A stretch of DNA of 52,215 bases, from the IMG/VR virus record IMGVR_UViG_3300045988_073749; one strand, given 5' to 3'. Positions 24,183-33,878 of the stretch are shown here, one piece after another. The stretch is from a virus. A program made the position numbers and the translations under genes. Below the pieces are notes generated by a model, which had not been told where the DNA came from, searched no databases, and was given only the letters and a program-made list of their open reading frames with translations. Numbering within the stretch: position 1 is the stretch's first letter; each line of letters begins with the position of its first letter.

Positions 24183-24779
24183 TTACCTCCTCCCGGTGTT
24201 GCTGGGAGTAGCGCGGGACGTCGGCCCCGCGCTACTCTTCGGCTTGCTGTTGAAGCTGTTTACATAGGATATATAGGCGCTGGATGAGATTGTGGTGGAG
24301 ACGGTGGTTTTTAGGCCGTCCGCCTTGGTGCTGGAGGTTTGGGAGGAAGACTTCTGCGCCGCCTTGGTGCTTGCCTTGGGCTGTGACGCAGAAGCCGCAG
24401 CGTCCATACCGGCCATAGTCGAGGCCGTTCCGCTGTCCACGGAGCTGCCCAGGGTGACTTGCTTTAGGGTGGCCGTGAACGTGAAGCCCCCACGGTTCTT
24501 AGCGTCGTGGGTGCTCTGGAGCTGCTGAATGACAAGGTTGCTGATGCGGTTCCTTCCGGTGTAGGTGATAATGTCGCCGCTCTTCCACATCTTTTGCAGG
24601 GCGGCGATGGTGTCCGCACCGTTGATGGCCGTCCCGCTGATCTGGAAGCTCAACGGCTGAGTAAAAACATGGTCTTGGATATTGGAGCCGCCCTCAACCG
24701 GGTTATCGGTGATCGTGCTGCTCCGGCTCACGCTCTCGGAGGTCACTACGCCGGTAGTCAGAGGCTCGAAGCGGACCAC
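24183..24779 (-). CDS. Tail/baseplate hub-associated protein (XkdP position, no LysM seen)
   Basis: Immediately downstream of the tape measure gene. Confidence 0.4.
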   Translation of the reverse strand: MVRFEPLTTGVVTSESVSRSSTITDNPVEGGSNIQDHVFTQPLSFQISGTAINGADTIAALQKMWKSGDIITYTGRNRISNLVIQQLQSTHDAKNRGGFTFTATLKQVTLGSSVDSGTASTMAGMDAAASASQPKASTKAAQKSSSQTSSTKADGLKTTVSTTISSSAYISYVNSFNSKPKSSAGPTSRATPSNTGRR

Positions 24780-24821
24780 TCCGCATTTTCTTCCCTCAAG
24801 TGTGTAGATAGTAGCACCCCC

Positions 24822-27314
24822 TTATGCAAAGCCAGCCTGCATAGCGCGGTCCGTGTAGTCCTGGGCCTGGGCCTCTTGGTAAAGCTCATCGAACAGGGCG
24901 CGAAGCTGCTCTTTCAGGTTGGCAACGGTGGAGCTGTCGGCATTACCCGCAATCGTGATTTGGACGCTGGGGGCAAAGCTGACGCTCCGGCTGCTTCGGT
25001 TGTTGGTCGTGTTGTTGGTGTAAGATTTCATCAGGCGGTCAGTCTGGTCCGCCGGAATGATGGCAGAGCCGCCGGGGAGGATGGCAAGCTCGCCGCCCTC
25101 TTCGTTCATCCACGTGGGACCGCCCTCAAAGTTATCCGTGCCTCCGGCGTTGTGCGGGATGCTCGCTCCTATCTGGACATTGGAGGCGTTGCTCGCTTCA
25201 CGGGCCGCCGCCGTGATACGGGAAAACTGTGCGACGATGGCGTCCGTGCCTGTGGTGGCTGCGGTCTGCATGGCGCTCCAGGCCGTCTCCGCGTCGGTCT
25301 GCATGGTCCCATAGGCCGCCGTAGCGGACGCGCCCATAGCCATGAAATTTACGTCGGTTATCTCGGCGGCCTGGTTGGAGCTTTCGGTGACGGCCTCGGT
25401 GGTGGTCTCCGCTGCTCCGGTGACTTCCTCCTTGTACTGCGACGTATCGACCACAAGGGAAGTCTCCTTGCTCGCGGCGTCATCAAGGCCATTGATGGAC
25501 CCGCTCAGGTCGTTTACCGCCTCTTCGCTGTCCTTGGCTCCGCCGAACAGGTTAGAGAAGAAGCCTACGACCTTGCCCACGCCGTCGGCCAGCCAGCCTA
25601 CCACTTTGCCCAGGACCTCAGCGATGACGCCCAGGACATCTCCGATGACCTCAAGCACAGGGCTTACGGCCTCCAGGATGGGGGAGATCAGGCCCAGCAG
25701 TTGCGCAATGGGCGGTAGCAGCGCCTCGGCCAGCTTTTGAATGACCGGCACAAGGGGCTGAATGATGGAGGTATTTAGGGTGTTCAGGATGTCCACCAGG
25801 GGCGGCATGACGGTCTCGGCTATCATGCCTATGATGTCCGCCACAGGCGGTAGGATGGTCTGCGCCAGGTCTCCGAACACTTGCAAGAGTGGGAGGCCGG
25901 CCTCGAACACGGTCCCCAGCACGTCCGTTAGGACGGGCAACAGGGTCATGCCCAGCTCCGTGATGACCGGCATAGCCTGGGCAAGCCCGTTGCTCAGCAT
26001 ATCCACGAACTGCATGAGCATCGGCTCTATGGTCGGCCAGCTATCCAGGATGGTGCTGAACAGGCTTTCGATGACCGGCGTAAACCGGCTGCCAGCGTCG
26101 GCCATGAACTCGCTCCAGATGCCCTTGAGGTCTTTGGTGCTGTTCACCAGGCCGCCGGTGCTGTTGGCCGCCGATTGCTGGATTTTCTCGGTCTGCCCCA
26201 GCAGGGCATTCATGCGGACCTGGGCCAGAGTAGCATCGTCCATTTCGTCTATCTGGTCTCCCAGGCCCATTGAGAGCGCGGTATTTTTCAGGGCCACTTC
26301 ATCAATGTGGATGCCGTACTCTTCGAGTGCCGCATTGTTCCCGCTGATGTAGTCCTGGACCACGCCCAGGGCCTCGGTGTCATCCATGGCAAAGGCGTTG
26401 CCGAAGTCATAGGCAAGGGACGTGGTGGCCTTGGACAGCTCTGCGGCCGCGTCCCCGGTGATGCCCATTTCCCCGTATAGGGCCTTATTGGACACCATGA
26501 AAGACTTGACCTCATCGCTGCTCCGGTGGATGGCGTCGGCGTAGTTCTCTGCCCACTCCCCGGCGTCGGTGCCTGAGAAGTTGGCCTCAAACTTCCGGCC
26601 CACATTCTCAGCGGACCCGGCTGCTTCGATGGCCGCCGCGCCCAGCTCCTTGAGCATATCAATACCGGCCTGGATTGCCTCAAAGCCGATAAAGGCGGCG
26701 AGGGCGCCCTTGATGGCCTCTTTGATTTCGCCTCCGGCCTTGTCGCCCTCATCCCCCATATCGTCCAGGTCTTTTCGCGCATCGTCGGCCTCATCGCCCA
26801 CATTGTTAATCCTGTCGGCAGCGGCCTCCACCGCGCTCAAGAACTTCCCCCGGATGGTGTTTATCGGGTGCGTGAACGCGGTCCCAATGCCCTTTACTCC
26901 GGTCTTCACCTTGCCGGTGAAGTCGGAAAACTTCTTTTGGGAGTAGCCTATGGCCCCGTCAAATCCGGCCTTGATGGTCTTGGAAACGCTATTGGTCTCT
27001 TTGGCCGCAGCGCCCATAGATTTTCCTACGGCAGCACCGAAGCTGTCCGCCTCTCTGCCAATATCCCGGAAGCTGGTGCCTACATCGTCGGCGTCATCCT
27101 CCAGGTCATCCAGGGCGTCGCCTGCATCTCTGGCTCCGTCTCTGATCGCGTCAGTACCGGCGCGGACGCGAGCGCCCATATCCTGAGCGGCGTCCTCAAC
27201 GTCCTGGGCGCGGTCCACGATCTGCTCCAGGCGGTCTATCGTCTCGCCCAGGCGGTTTATCGCGTCATCCAGGCCAAAGTCCATGCCAAAGGTAAGCTCC
27301 CGGTTGTCTGCCAT
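24822..27314 (-). CDS. Tail tape measure protein
   Basis: ~830 aa, helical/low-complexity, repeated G-x-x-A/L segments; ATG 27314 after AAGGGGGTGGAG. Confidence 0.85.
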   Translation of the reverse strand: MADNRELTFGMDFGLDDAINRLGETIDRLEQIVDRAQDVEDAAQDMGARVRAGTDAIRDGARDAGDALDDLEDDADDVGTSFRDIGREADSFGAAVGKSMGAAAKETNSVSKTIKAGFDGAIGYSQKKFSDFTGKVKTGVKGIGTAFTHPINTIRGKFLSAVEAAADRINNVGDEADDARKDLDDMGDEGDKAGGEIKEAIKGALAAFIGFEAIQAGIDMLKELGAAAIEAAGSAENVGRKFEANFSGTDAGEWAENYADAIHRSSDEVKSFMVSNKALYGEMGITGDAAAELSKATTSLAYDFGNAFAMDDTEALGVVQDYISGNNAALEEYGIHIDEVALKNTALSMGLGDQIDEMDDATLAQVRMNALLGQTEKIQQSAANSTGGLVNSTKDLKGIWSEFMADAGSRFTPVIESLFSTILDSWPTIEPMLMQFVDMLSNGLAQAMPVITELGMTLLPVLTDVLGTVFEAGLPLLQVFGDLAQTILPPVADIIGMIAETVMPPLVDILNTLNTSIIQPLVPVIQKLAEALLPPIAQLLGLISPILEAVSPVLEVIGDVLGVIAEVLGKVVGWLADGVGKVVGFFSNLFGGAKDSEEAVNDLSGSINGLDDAASKETSLVVDTSQYKEEVTGAAETTTEAVTESSNQAAEITDVNFMAMGASATAAYGTMQTDAETAWSAMQTAATTGTDAIVAQFSRITAAAREASNASNVQIGASIPHNAGGTDNFEGGPTWMNEEGGELAILPGGSAIIPADQTDRLMKSYTNNTTNNRSSRSVSFAPSVQITIAGNADSSTVANLKEQLRALFDELYQEAQAQDYTDRAMQAGFA

Positions 27315-27330
27315 TGGCTCCACCCCCTTT

Positions 27331-27370
27331 CTGCAAAAAGTAAAGCAGCGGGGTCACTCGCCCCGCTGCT
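27331..27370 (-). terminator. Internal terminator-like hairpin between the chaperone and tape-measure genes
   Basis: AGCAGCGGGG-cgaguga-CCCCGCUGCU followed by UUACUUUUUG. Confidence 0.45.
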
Positions 27371-27566
27371 TGCTCCAGTCTTCGTTGTAGAGTATGCGGG
27401 CCTGCACCGCCTCCTGGTACTCAGCCAGGTCCATGCCCTTGAAGTCGGCATAGCACAGGCCGCCGCCGGTGAAGATGAGGACCCACATATTCCGGTTTCG
27501 CTTGGCCTTTCTGATTGCGCGGTCTACGTTAAGCTCACTCTCGCAGAAAGGTTTCGATGGCCTTAA
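27354..27566 (-). CDS. Putative frameshift extension of the tail assembly chaperone (T-like), in the +1 frame relative to 27535..27870
   Basis: Protein-like open frame ...LNVDRAIRKAKRNRNMWVLIFTGGGLCYADFKGMDLAEYQEAVQARILYNEDWSKQRGE* with no RBS or start of its own. Confidence 0.4.
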   Translation of the reverse strand, partial: LRPSKPFCESELNVDRAIRKAKRNRNMWVLIFTGGGLCYADFKGMDLAEYQEAVQARILYNEDWSKQRGE

Positions 27567-27870
27567 TCAGCTTCTCCGGGGTCTTGATGTCATCCTTTTC
27601 ATCGAAGTAGCTGATGCCGTCGGCCTTGACCTCGGCGGGAGAAATGACCACGTTCTTGAGCATGGTGTCAATGTACTTGGTGGTGTCCCGGCGTCCGCCG
27701 CCGGTCATGCCGCAATCGTCATTGACGCCGAAGTACCAGGTGGGAGAGACGGACTGGAGGGTGTATTCCTCGCCGTTGACGGTGACTTTCTTCTGCTTAG
27801 CCATAAATTTTCGGTAGCCCCTTTCAGATAGTGATTTTGGTTTGTTCGGCCAGTTGGGATAGCCTTTCAT
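27535..27870 (-). CDS. Tail assembly chaperone (XkdN-like)
   Basis: Lies between the tube and tape measure genes; RBS TAAGGGGGG. Confidence 0.65.
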   Translation of the reverse strand: MKGYPNWPNKPKSLSERGYRKFMAKQKKVTVNGEEYTLQSVSPTWYFGVNDDCGMTGGGRRDTTKYIDTMLKNVVISPAEVKADGISYFDEKDDIKTPEKLIKAIETFLRE

Positions 27871-27882
27871 GGGTAGCCCCCC

Positions 27883-28296
27883 TTAGCGGGGGACTACCGA
27901 CGGCGCATAGATATTGACGGTGATCGTGCTCTGCTCCTTATTGCGGGTGAGGTCGGGCATTTTCATTACCCGGCAGTTGTCCGCGCTGAGGGTGAACGCG
28001 TCCGCGTCGTTCACGTCGGAGATCGTCACGTTGACGGCCCGACGCTTCGCCTCCAGCTCCCGAAGATAGGACAGGCTGGAAGACGTGGACATGAGGGTAA
28101 TAGCGATGGTGCCGCTCTCGTTGGCGTTCTCGGAGTAGGTCACGTCGCCCTTTGCGCCTACGGCGGGGGTGATGCTGTCCTCGTTCTTGGTGACGGACAC
28201 GACACCATCAGCAGCAAAGCCGGTGATGGTGCGGCCCCCGACAATGACGTTGACCTTTTTAGGGTCATAGCTCGCAACTTCGATGCCTTTAGCCAT
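27883..28296 (-). CDS. Tail tube protein
   Basis: 137 aa, directly after the sheath gene. Confidence 0.7.
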   Translation of the reverse strand: MAKGIEVASYDPKKVNVIVGGRTITGFAADGVVSVTKNEDSITPAVGAKGDVTYSENANESGTIAITLMSTSSSLSYLRELEAKRRAVNVTISDVNDADAFTLSADNCRVMKMPDLTRNKEQSTITVNIYAPSVVPR

Positions 28297-28315
28297 GATG
28301 AATTACGCTCCTTTC

Positions 28316-29392
28316 TCACGCGCTCAGGGTGGCCCGCAGTACGCCCTTGACTTTGACGGTGTGGACCGCGCCCTCAAGCTGCGCCTCCCAGGTGATGTCC
28401 GGCATTTGCCGGGCGCGGGCCTCTTCGTCGGTGGCCTGGGACCGCTTGGGGACTACAACGGTAAAGACGCCCTGCTCGCTCTCCGGGTCCAGGGCGATAA
28501 TGCCCAGGTCGGTAGCGCGGTTCAGGGCGGAGAACACACCGGCAGCGACCAGGGCAAAGCCCGCGTCGGTGTAGCCAATGGTGGGGTTCTCCAGGAAGAT
28601 GTCGTAGAGGTTTTCCCTCATGTTCTTGGCGATGTAGTCAGCGCCCATCTGGACGTCGATAAATTCGCCGTCGGCGCACACGCCGTTCTTCACATACTCC
28701 CGCTTGTACTCGACGGTCAGGAAGTTCACGTTGGCCTCTTCCAGAGCGTCGCGCTCGGCGTTGGTGAGGTCCGGGACGGTGAGGCCCTGGGGCCGCTTGA
28801 ACTTCCACGTTACGCTCTCAGGATAGAACGGACCCACGTTGCCCACATAGGCGGCGTCGGGGTATTCCTCATCCTGGTCCCCGTAGATGACGATGGACCG
28901 GCGGTTGGTGACGGCAAGGCTCTTGTTCTGAGTGCGCCCAAAGTAGAGCTTGCGGTGGTCTTCCTCGCCCGCGCCCAGCTCCGCTTCGGTAGGCTCGGTA
29001 GCCTCGGCCCAGGCGCAGAGGGCTTTCACGGCCTCATCGCCGTCCTGGTCGGTCAGCAGGATATACCAATCATCATCGGTCTCCCGCAGGGTCTCCACGG
29101 CCTGCACCAGAGCAGATGCCTTTTCGGTCTCACCGCTCCCGGAGGGGGCAGCGATACCGGCGATTTTCACTTTACGGATAAGGGTCTCCGCAAGGGTGGT
29201 CTTGCCCTGCTCAAACAGGGCTTCGGCCATAGCAGCGACCTTTTTCCCGGTGAACGCCTCCTTGATGACGTCCAGATCGCGGTAGACGGCCACGTCCTTA
29301 GCGCCCTCGGTGGACAGCAGCAGAATGTCCAGGTTCTCCGTTCCGCTGGGCTTGGCGTCGATATTCACGACCACAACAACGTCTTTCGGCAT
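28316..29392 (-). CDS. Tail sheath protein (DUF3383-like)
   Basis: ATG 29392 lies 8 nt after AAAGGAG; synteny. Confidence 0.7.
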   Translation of the reverse strand: MPKDVVVVVNIDAKPSGTENLDILLLSTEGAKDVAVYRDLDVIKEAFTGKKVAAMAEALFEQGKTTLAETLIRKVKIAGIAAPSGSGETEKASALVQAVETLRETDDDWYILLTDQDGDEAVKALCAWAEATEPTEAELGAGEEDHRKLYFGRTQNKSLAVTNRRSIVIYGDQDEEYPDAAYVGNVGPFYPESVTWKFKRPQGLTVPDLTNAERDALEEANVNFLTVEYKREYVKNGVCADGEFIDVQMGADYIAKNMRENLYDIFLENPTIGYTDAGFALVAAGVFSALNRATDLGIIALDPESEQGVFTVVVPKRSQATDEEARARQMPDITWEAQLEGAVHTVKVKGVLRATLSA

Positions 29393-29397
29393 TAAAA

Positions 29398-29940
29398 TCA
29401 CTCCTTTACGTTTCCTTTGATTGTGGGTTTCTCAAGTTTGCTGATGGCCGCCGCGTCGGTCCGGGTGTACCGGAGCCGGACATCGAAACCGAACCGGCGG
29501 CCCATTTCGTCAAGCTCCAGGGCGTCCCGGCTGGTGGCGTTGGTGACATCAACAACGACGAAACCGGCCCCCGCTATGGCGTCTCTCCCGGTATGCAGGA
29601 AAAAGCCCTGGGCCAGCGTTGCCAGCTCCAAGGCCTCATCTGCACCCAGGACTTGCACCTGGGAGCCTTTATCGTCGTAGCAGCGGTTCACGCTGCAAGC
29701 AGTAAATGACAGGGTGGCGGTGGGCTGCTCTTCCCGGACCTCCACCAGATCGTCTTGCGTCGCACCCTCACCCAGCGAGTAGTTGCCCAGGCCGCCGTCC
29801 GGGATGTAGTCTGCGGTCACTGAGTAGACGATGAACGGGGGTTCTGCCTCCGGCTGGACCTGGGAGGCCAGCAGGACCGGGACGCCCACGGCCTTATGAA
29901 GCGCGGATATGAGGGCATTCCGCTTCGTGACGAAACTCAC
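29398..29940 (-). CDS. Tail terminator/completion protein
   Basis: Synteny. Confidence 0.4.
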   Translation of the reverse strand: MSFVTKRNALISALHKAVGVPVLLASQVQPEAEPPFIVYSVTADYIPDGGLGNYSLGEGATQDDLVEVREEQPTATLSFTACSVNRCYDDKGSQVQVLGADEALELATLAQGFFLHTGRDAIAGAGFVVVDVTNATSRDALELDEMGRRFGFDVRLRYTRTDAAAISKLEKPTIKGNVKE

Positions 29941-30326
29941 GCCCCACCGCCCCCTTTCGGCGCCGCGCCGGTTCTGGCCTCTACCAGATACCGCTTCATC
30001 GGGTGGATGCTGTTGTGGCCCAGCTCCTGGGTCACGGTGTAGGTGTTTCCGCTGTCAGGGTCATAGACCTGTGCTCCCACCTGGAGCGCATGGCCGTTGG
30101 TATAGATTTTCTCGCTCAGATCGGACACGGTGCCGGTGATTTCACGCCGTAGGTCCTTGTCGCTCACAGGGAGGACCGCGCCCTCAAAGGGGACGCGCAC
30201 AGGCTCACCGGCTACCCACTGGCCGCCCTTGTCCTGGTCGTAGTGGCCTCCCGCCTGGACCTCGTACATGGTATGCAGCAGGCCGCCCGGTATCATGGGC
30301 TGCGCCATTTTGAACGGGACGCCCAT
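29937..30326 (-). CDS. Head-tail adaptor / head closure protein
   Basis: Synteny. Confidence 0.4.
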   Translation of the reverse strand: MGVPFKMAQPMIPGGLLHTMYEVQAGGHYDQDKGGQWVAGEPVRVPFEGAVLPVSDKDLRREITGTVSDLSEKIYTNGHALQVGAQVYDPDSGNTYTVTQELGHNSIHPMKRYLVEARTGAAPKGGGGA

Positions 30327-30967
30327 TATTCCTCAACCTCCCACGTGATCGAATTTCGGAGCCGTCCGGTCACCATGAGAGGGCTGTCCGCATAGGACGG
30401 ATAGCGCTCCCTCTGGATTTTTCCTTTCGGCTCAAAGTTGCTCGCGTCGCTCATAAACTGCTGGATAAGGCCCACGGCCTGCCCGCCTATCCACGATATG
30501 GCCCCGTCCGCCGTCTGCTGACCTTGCCAGATGCGGGCAACCTCATTCTGGACGATTTCGGCCAGCTTGTTCTTGTTGTGGTCGAAGCCCGCTCGGATGA
30601 AGCTGCGCTCCGGTATGGTGACGGAGGGCAGCAGCAGGAACAGGAACTTGAGGTTATTCGGATTATCCTTATCCCTCCGTCCCTTTTTGGCTACGACGCC
30701 GAACAGGTAGCCGTCCCTGGACCGGATAAAGAAGAGGTCCTGGAAGTCCCTGGGGCTTTTGTCGTAGCTGTCCTTGTGGATAGGTATGCAGAGGTTCCGG
30801 GTGGCCTTGGGCGTGATGGTGGCCCCGTACTCATGGACACGGGCAATCATCAGAAGCTCGCTGTCGGCGTTGCCCTGGATGCCTATTTTTATCCGGGTGC
30901 CGTTCAGCTTCTCCAGCTCGGCCTTAACCCGCCGCAGATGCGGCAGTACATTGTCACGGACTTGCAT
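30326..30967 (-). CDS. HK97 gp10-family neck protein
   Basis: C-terminal ...TGRLRNSITWEV. Confidence 0.55.
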   Translation of the reverse strand: MQVRDNVLPHLRRVKAELEKLNGTRIKIGIQGNADSELLMIARVHEYGATITPKATRNLCIPIHKDSYDKSPRDFQDLFFIRSRDGYLFGVVAKKGRRDKDNPNNLKFLFLLLPSVTIPERSFIRAGFDHNKNKLAEIVQNEVARIWQGQQTADGAISWIGGQAVGLIQQFMSDASNFEPKGKIQRERYPSYADSPLMVTGRLRNSITWEVEE

Positions 30968-30971
30968 AGGC

Positions 30972-31625
30972 TCACCACCTCATGTAGTGGGCCAGGGTCT
31001 CCATCCAGGAGGCGCGGGGTTCCTTGTCAAAGGTCCACGACACGTCGGAGATGGAGAAAGCCGCAAGGCCCTGAGCGCCGTTCCGCAGGATGGAGAACTC
31101 CTGTTCCGCGATGCCCCACACAATCGCCACAATGTCCTCCGGCAGATCGGACGGCTCATCCTCGGTCGCGTCCTTGGGCAGCACATACCCAGCGGTGAAC
31201 TTCACTTCCAGGTAGCGCCGGGGGGCCGTGTAGTCGTTTGCAAGGCCGCCGATGTAGCCACGGAATACCCATCCCTCATCGCGGTACAGTACGCCCACGT
31301 CTCCGGTCATGGTAAAGTCGTAGCTGCTGGGGTCTATGCTCACGCCGTGCTCGGTGTCCCGGACGTACTCAACCGCCCGTATGGGGTACTGAGTGAGCAC
31401 AAGTTCCTGAGTGCCGGGGGCAACGTACCTGTGGGTGTAGGTGGCCTTACCGAACTTCCGCCCGGTGATGGTCTCAATCCAGGCAGACGCCGAATTGATA
31501 AGCCGGATGATGTTGTTCTTTACGGCGGTGTCCGCCGCCTCCGGTGGGATGCCCAGGCGCTCCATCGTGTCCTCAAGAGTAGTCATGGCGTTTGCGGCCA
31601 GTTTTACAGTCGGTTCATTTGCCAC
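30972..31625 (-). CDS. Head-tail connector (gp6-like)
   Basis: N-terminal ...TLEDTMERLGIPPEAADTAVKNNIIRLINSASAWIETITGRKF. Confidence 0.6.
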   Translation of the reverse strand: MANEPTVKLAANAMTTLEDTMERLGIPPEAADTAVKNNIIRLINSASAWIETITGRKFGKATYTHRYVAPGTQELVLTQYPIRAVEYVRDTEHGVSIDPSSYDFTMTGDVGVLYRDEGWVFRGYIGGLANDYTAPRRYLEVKFTAGYVLPKDATEDEPSDLPEDIVAIVWGIAEQEFSILRNGAQGLAAFSISDVSWTFDKEPRASWMETLAHYMRW

Positions 31626-31661
31626 GGTGTCGCCTCCATTCTCAAGGGGTGGAGGCGCGGG

Positions 31662-31784
31662 CTACTCGCCCGCGTCCTCCTTTTTGCCGTCGTTCTTGGG
31701 AGCGGTCGCTTTTTTCTCCTTGGGGCCTGATTCCCGCTTGTTCTCGGCGGGTTTCACGGTCTCGGGGGGATAGTGTCTTGCCAT
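31662..31784 (-). CDS. Small basic protein (40 aa, MARHYPPETVKPAENKRESGPKEKK...)
   Basis: Strong RBS AAGGAGG; too short for the ORF track. Confidence 0.4.
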   Translation of the reverse strand: MARHYPPETVKPAENKRESGPKEKKATAPKNDGKKEDAGE

Positions 31785-31820
31785 AGTGAAAACCTCCTTG
31801 TAGGGCCTCTCAGGGCCAAA

Positions 31821-32237
31821 TTAGACGGGGACCTCGGAAGCGTCACCCAGGGCCAGGGCAGCAGTAGCCTCACACTCCGGGCTGGTGCCGCCGGAGCAGG
31901 TAATCTCCACCTTGACCTTGACGTACTGCTTGAGACCCACCAGGTCCAGGTCGAAGTTTACCAGCTCGCCGCCTGCGGCGTCGGTGGTGACGGAGATCGC
32001 GCCCGCATCGTCCAGGGACGCGTTGCCCACACAGACCAGCTTATCCTTGACGGGCGCATAGCCGGTGCCGCTCTGGTCGCTCTCGGTGATGGTCAGCTTC
32101 ACGGCCATACCCGTAGGGGAGCCGGAGGGGGAGCCGACCTTGACGGCCAGGATGCCGGAGAGGAAGCCCTCGCGGTTGATGGCGTCCTCGCTGGTGTACG
32201 GGGTCACTTTGACACTCTGAATAAGTGCGCGTTTCAT
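31821..32237 (-). CDS. Head decoration-like / hypothetical capsid protein
   Basis: Directly after the major capsid gene. Confidence 0.35.
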   Translation of the reverse strand: MKRALIQSVKVTPYTSEDAINREGFLSGILAVKVGSPSGSPTGMAVKLTITESDQSGTGYAPVKDKLVCVGNASLDDAGAISVTTDAAGGELVNFDLDLVGLKQYVKVKVEITCSGGTSPECEATAALALGDASEVPV

Positions 32238-32254
32238 AGCTGAAATTCCTCCTT

Positions 32255-32290
32255 GTTGAAATTATAGGGCCGGGGCGGTATGCCCCGGCC
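32255..32290 (-). terminator. Hairpin after the major capsid gene (partial terminator or stabiliser)
   Basis: GGCCGGGGC-auacc-GCCCCGGCC followed by CUAUAAUUUCAA. Confidence 0.45.
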
Positions 32291-32295
32291 TCCGA

Positions 32296-33864
32296 TTAAA
32301 ACGCCTTGATGTTCTTGACGTGCAGGAAGCTCTCCTTGTGACGGGCAGCGATGTCCACGTACATGAGGGCGCGGGTGGCGGCCAGGTTCTCTTCAAAGGC
32401 GTTGTGCTGGTTGCCCTCTTCATCGACCCAGGAGCCGTCCAGGGTGGTGTAGGTCTCAAGGCCCATCTGCTCGCCCACCAGGAGGTCCGCCCAGTTGCCA
32501 AAGGCCAGCTCAGTGAGGCCGCTGGTGTCGGTGGTGATCTGGTTGGACACGCGATAGGGGAACCCCAGCAGCTTGCCGGTGTTCATCTCATCGCGGTAGA
32601 TGTACGCGCCGGTGGTGGTCTTGAGGTTCATCAGGTAGCCCTCCAGGACGGAGTTGAACGCCCAGCCGAGCTTGTTGTCGTCCACGTTCTTTGCCAGGAC
32701 CTTAGAGCGGACGAACACAGGGAAGTCGGCAGTAATCTTGCCGTTGCTGTCGGCCAGGTCATCGTTGCTCAGGGTCTTGGCGTCCACGTGCTCAACCTCC
32801 TTGTCGGTGAACACGCCGAGGGGCTGGAACTCGCCGCCCTTTCCGAACATAGCGCCGAAGTCAAGGCCCAGCTCCATGCGCCGGGTCAGGTCGTTGGCGA
32901 AGAGCTGATCGGCAGAGTAGTTGGTGCTCATCAGCAGCTCGCGGGTCTGAGGCACAATGGCCTCCAGGCGCTTCGCGGACAGACGGATGTTGCCGTAGGT
33001 GGGCTGGGTCTTCGCAATCTTGCGAGCCTCACCACCCCAGGTAGCACGGGCACCGCCGGTCATCTTGGGGATGTTCAGGTTGCCGTTGGCCATGGGGACT
33101 TTCTGGGCGCCCAGCTCAAAGATGACGGTCTTGGAGTACAGCAGCTCAATGATCTGGTCCAGGTAGATTTCAGGGATGAGGTAGCCGCCAGCAGCGGGGT
33201 TGGTGGCAGACAGGGCCTTGAACTCGCGGGCCATGTCTGCATCGTCATACTTCCGCTGCGCGTAGAAAGAGGCGGCGTCGGGGTCATGCTTGCCGAACAC
33301 GTCCAGGCACTTGATAGCGCGGGCGAGCTGCACGGCGGGCGGGATAGACTTCTTGGCGGTGCTGGTGGGGGTGGTACGGCTCATGTAGATGGAGCTGTAC
33401 TTCCGCTGGACGGGGGAGGCCGCGCTCTTGCGGGCGCTTTTGGTCTGGTGCTTGCGGGTGGCGGCCTTGCGCCCCTTGGCCTCATCAGTCACTTCCTCAT
33501 CCTCCTTGACCTCTTCCTCAACGCCGTCATCCTCCTTGGCCTCGCCCTCGGTGGCGTCGATAATCTCACCGACGGCCTCCATGACTTCCTCGGCGGTGAC
33601 GTCGCCCAGCTCTTCGCCGGCCTCCTTGCGGCTCTTGCGCTTCTCAGCGACAACGGCCATAGCGTCCTCAATCAGACCGGAGATGTCAGCGGGGGCAACC
33701 TCGGCAACAGCGTCCTCGGTTCCCTCTTCGCCCTCGGCCTTGGCCTCGGCCTGCTCATCCAGGGCCTCCTTGACGCAAGCCTTGATTTTCTCGGTCAGCT
33801 CATCGGCCTCCATCTTCATAGACTTGCGGCCAGCGGGTGCGGTTCCTTTCTTGGGAATAGCCAT
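32296..33864 (-). CDS. Major capsid protein (HK97 fold) with a ~150-aa acidic N-terminal scaffold-like extension
   Basis: ...AAGGYLIPEIYLDQIIELLY...NIPKMTGGARATWGGE... Confidence 0.85.
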   Translation of the reverse strand: MAIPKKGTAPAGRKSMKMEADELTEKIKACVKEALDEQAEAKAEGEEGTEDAVAEVAPADISGLIEDAMAVVAEKRKSRKEAGEELGDVTAEEVMEAVGEIIDATEGEAKEDDGVEEEVKEDEEVTDEAKGRKAATRKHQTKSARKSAASPVQRKYSSIYMSRTTPTSTAKKSIPPAVQLARAIKCLDVFGKHDPDAASFYAQRKYDDADMAREFKALSATNPAAGGYLIPEIYLDQIIELLYSKTVIFELGAQKVPMANGNLNIPKMTGGARATWGGEARKIAKTQPTYGNIRLSAKRLEAIVPQTRELLMSTNYSADQLFANDLTRRMELGLDFGAMFGKGGEFQPLGVFTDKEVEHVDAKTLSNDDLADSNGKITADFPVFVRSKVLAKNVDDNKLGWAFNSVLEGYLMNLKTTTGAYIYRDEMNTGKLLGFPYRVSNQITTDTSGLTELAFGNWADLLVGEQMGLETYTTLDGSWVDEEGNQHNAFEENLAATRALMYVDIAARHKESFLHVKNIKAF

Positions 33865-33878
33865 TTGTAATTTCCTCC

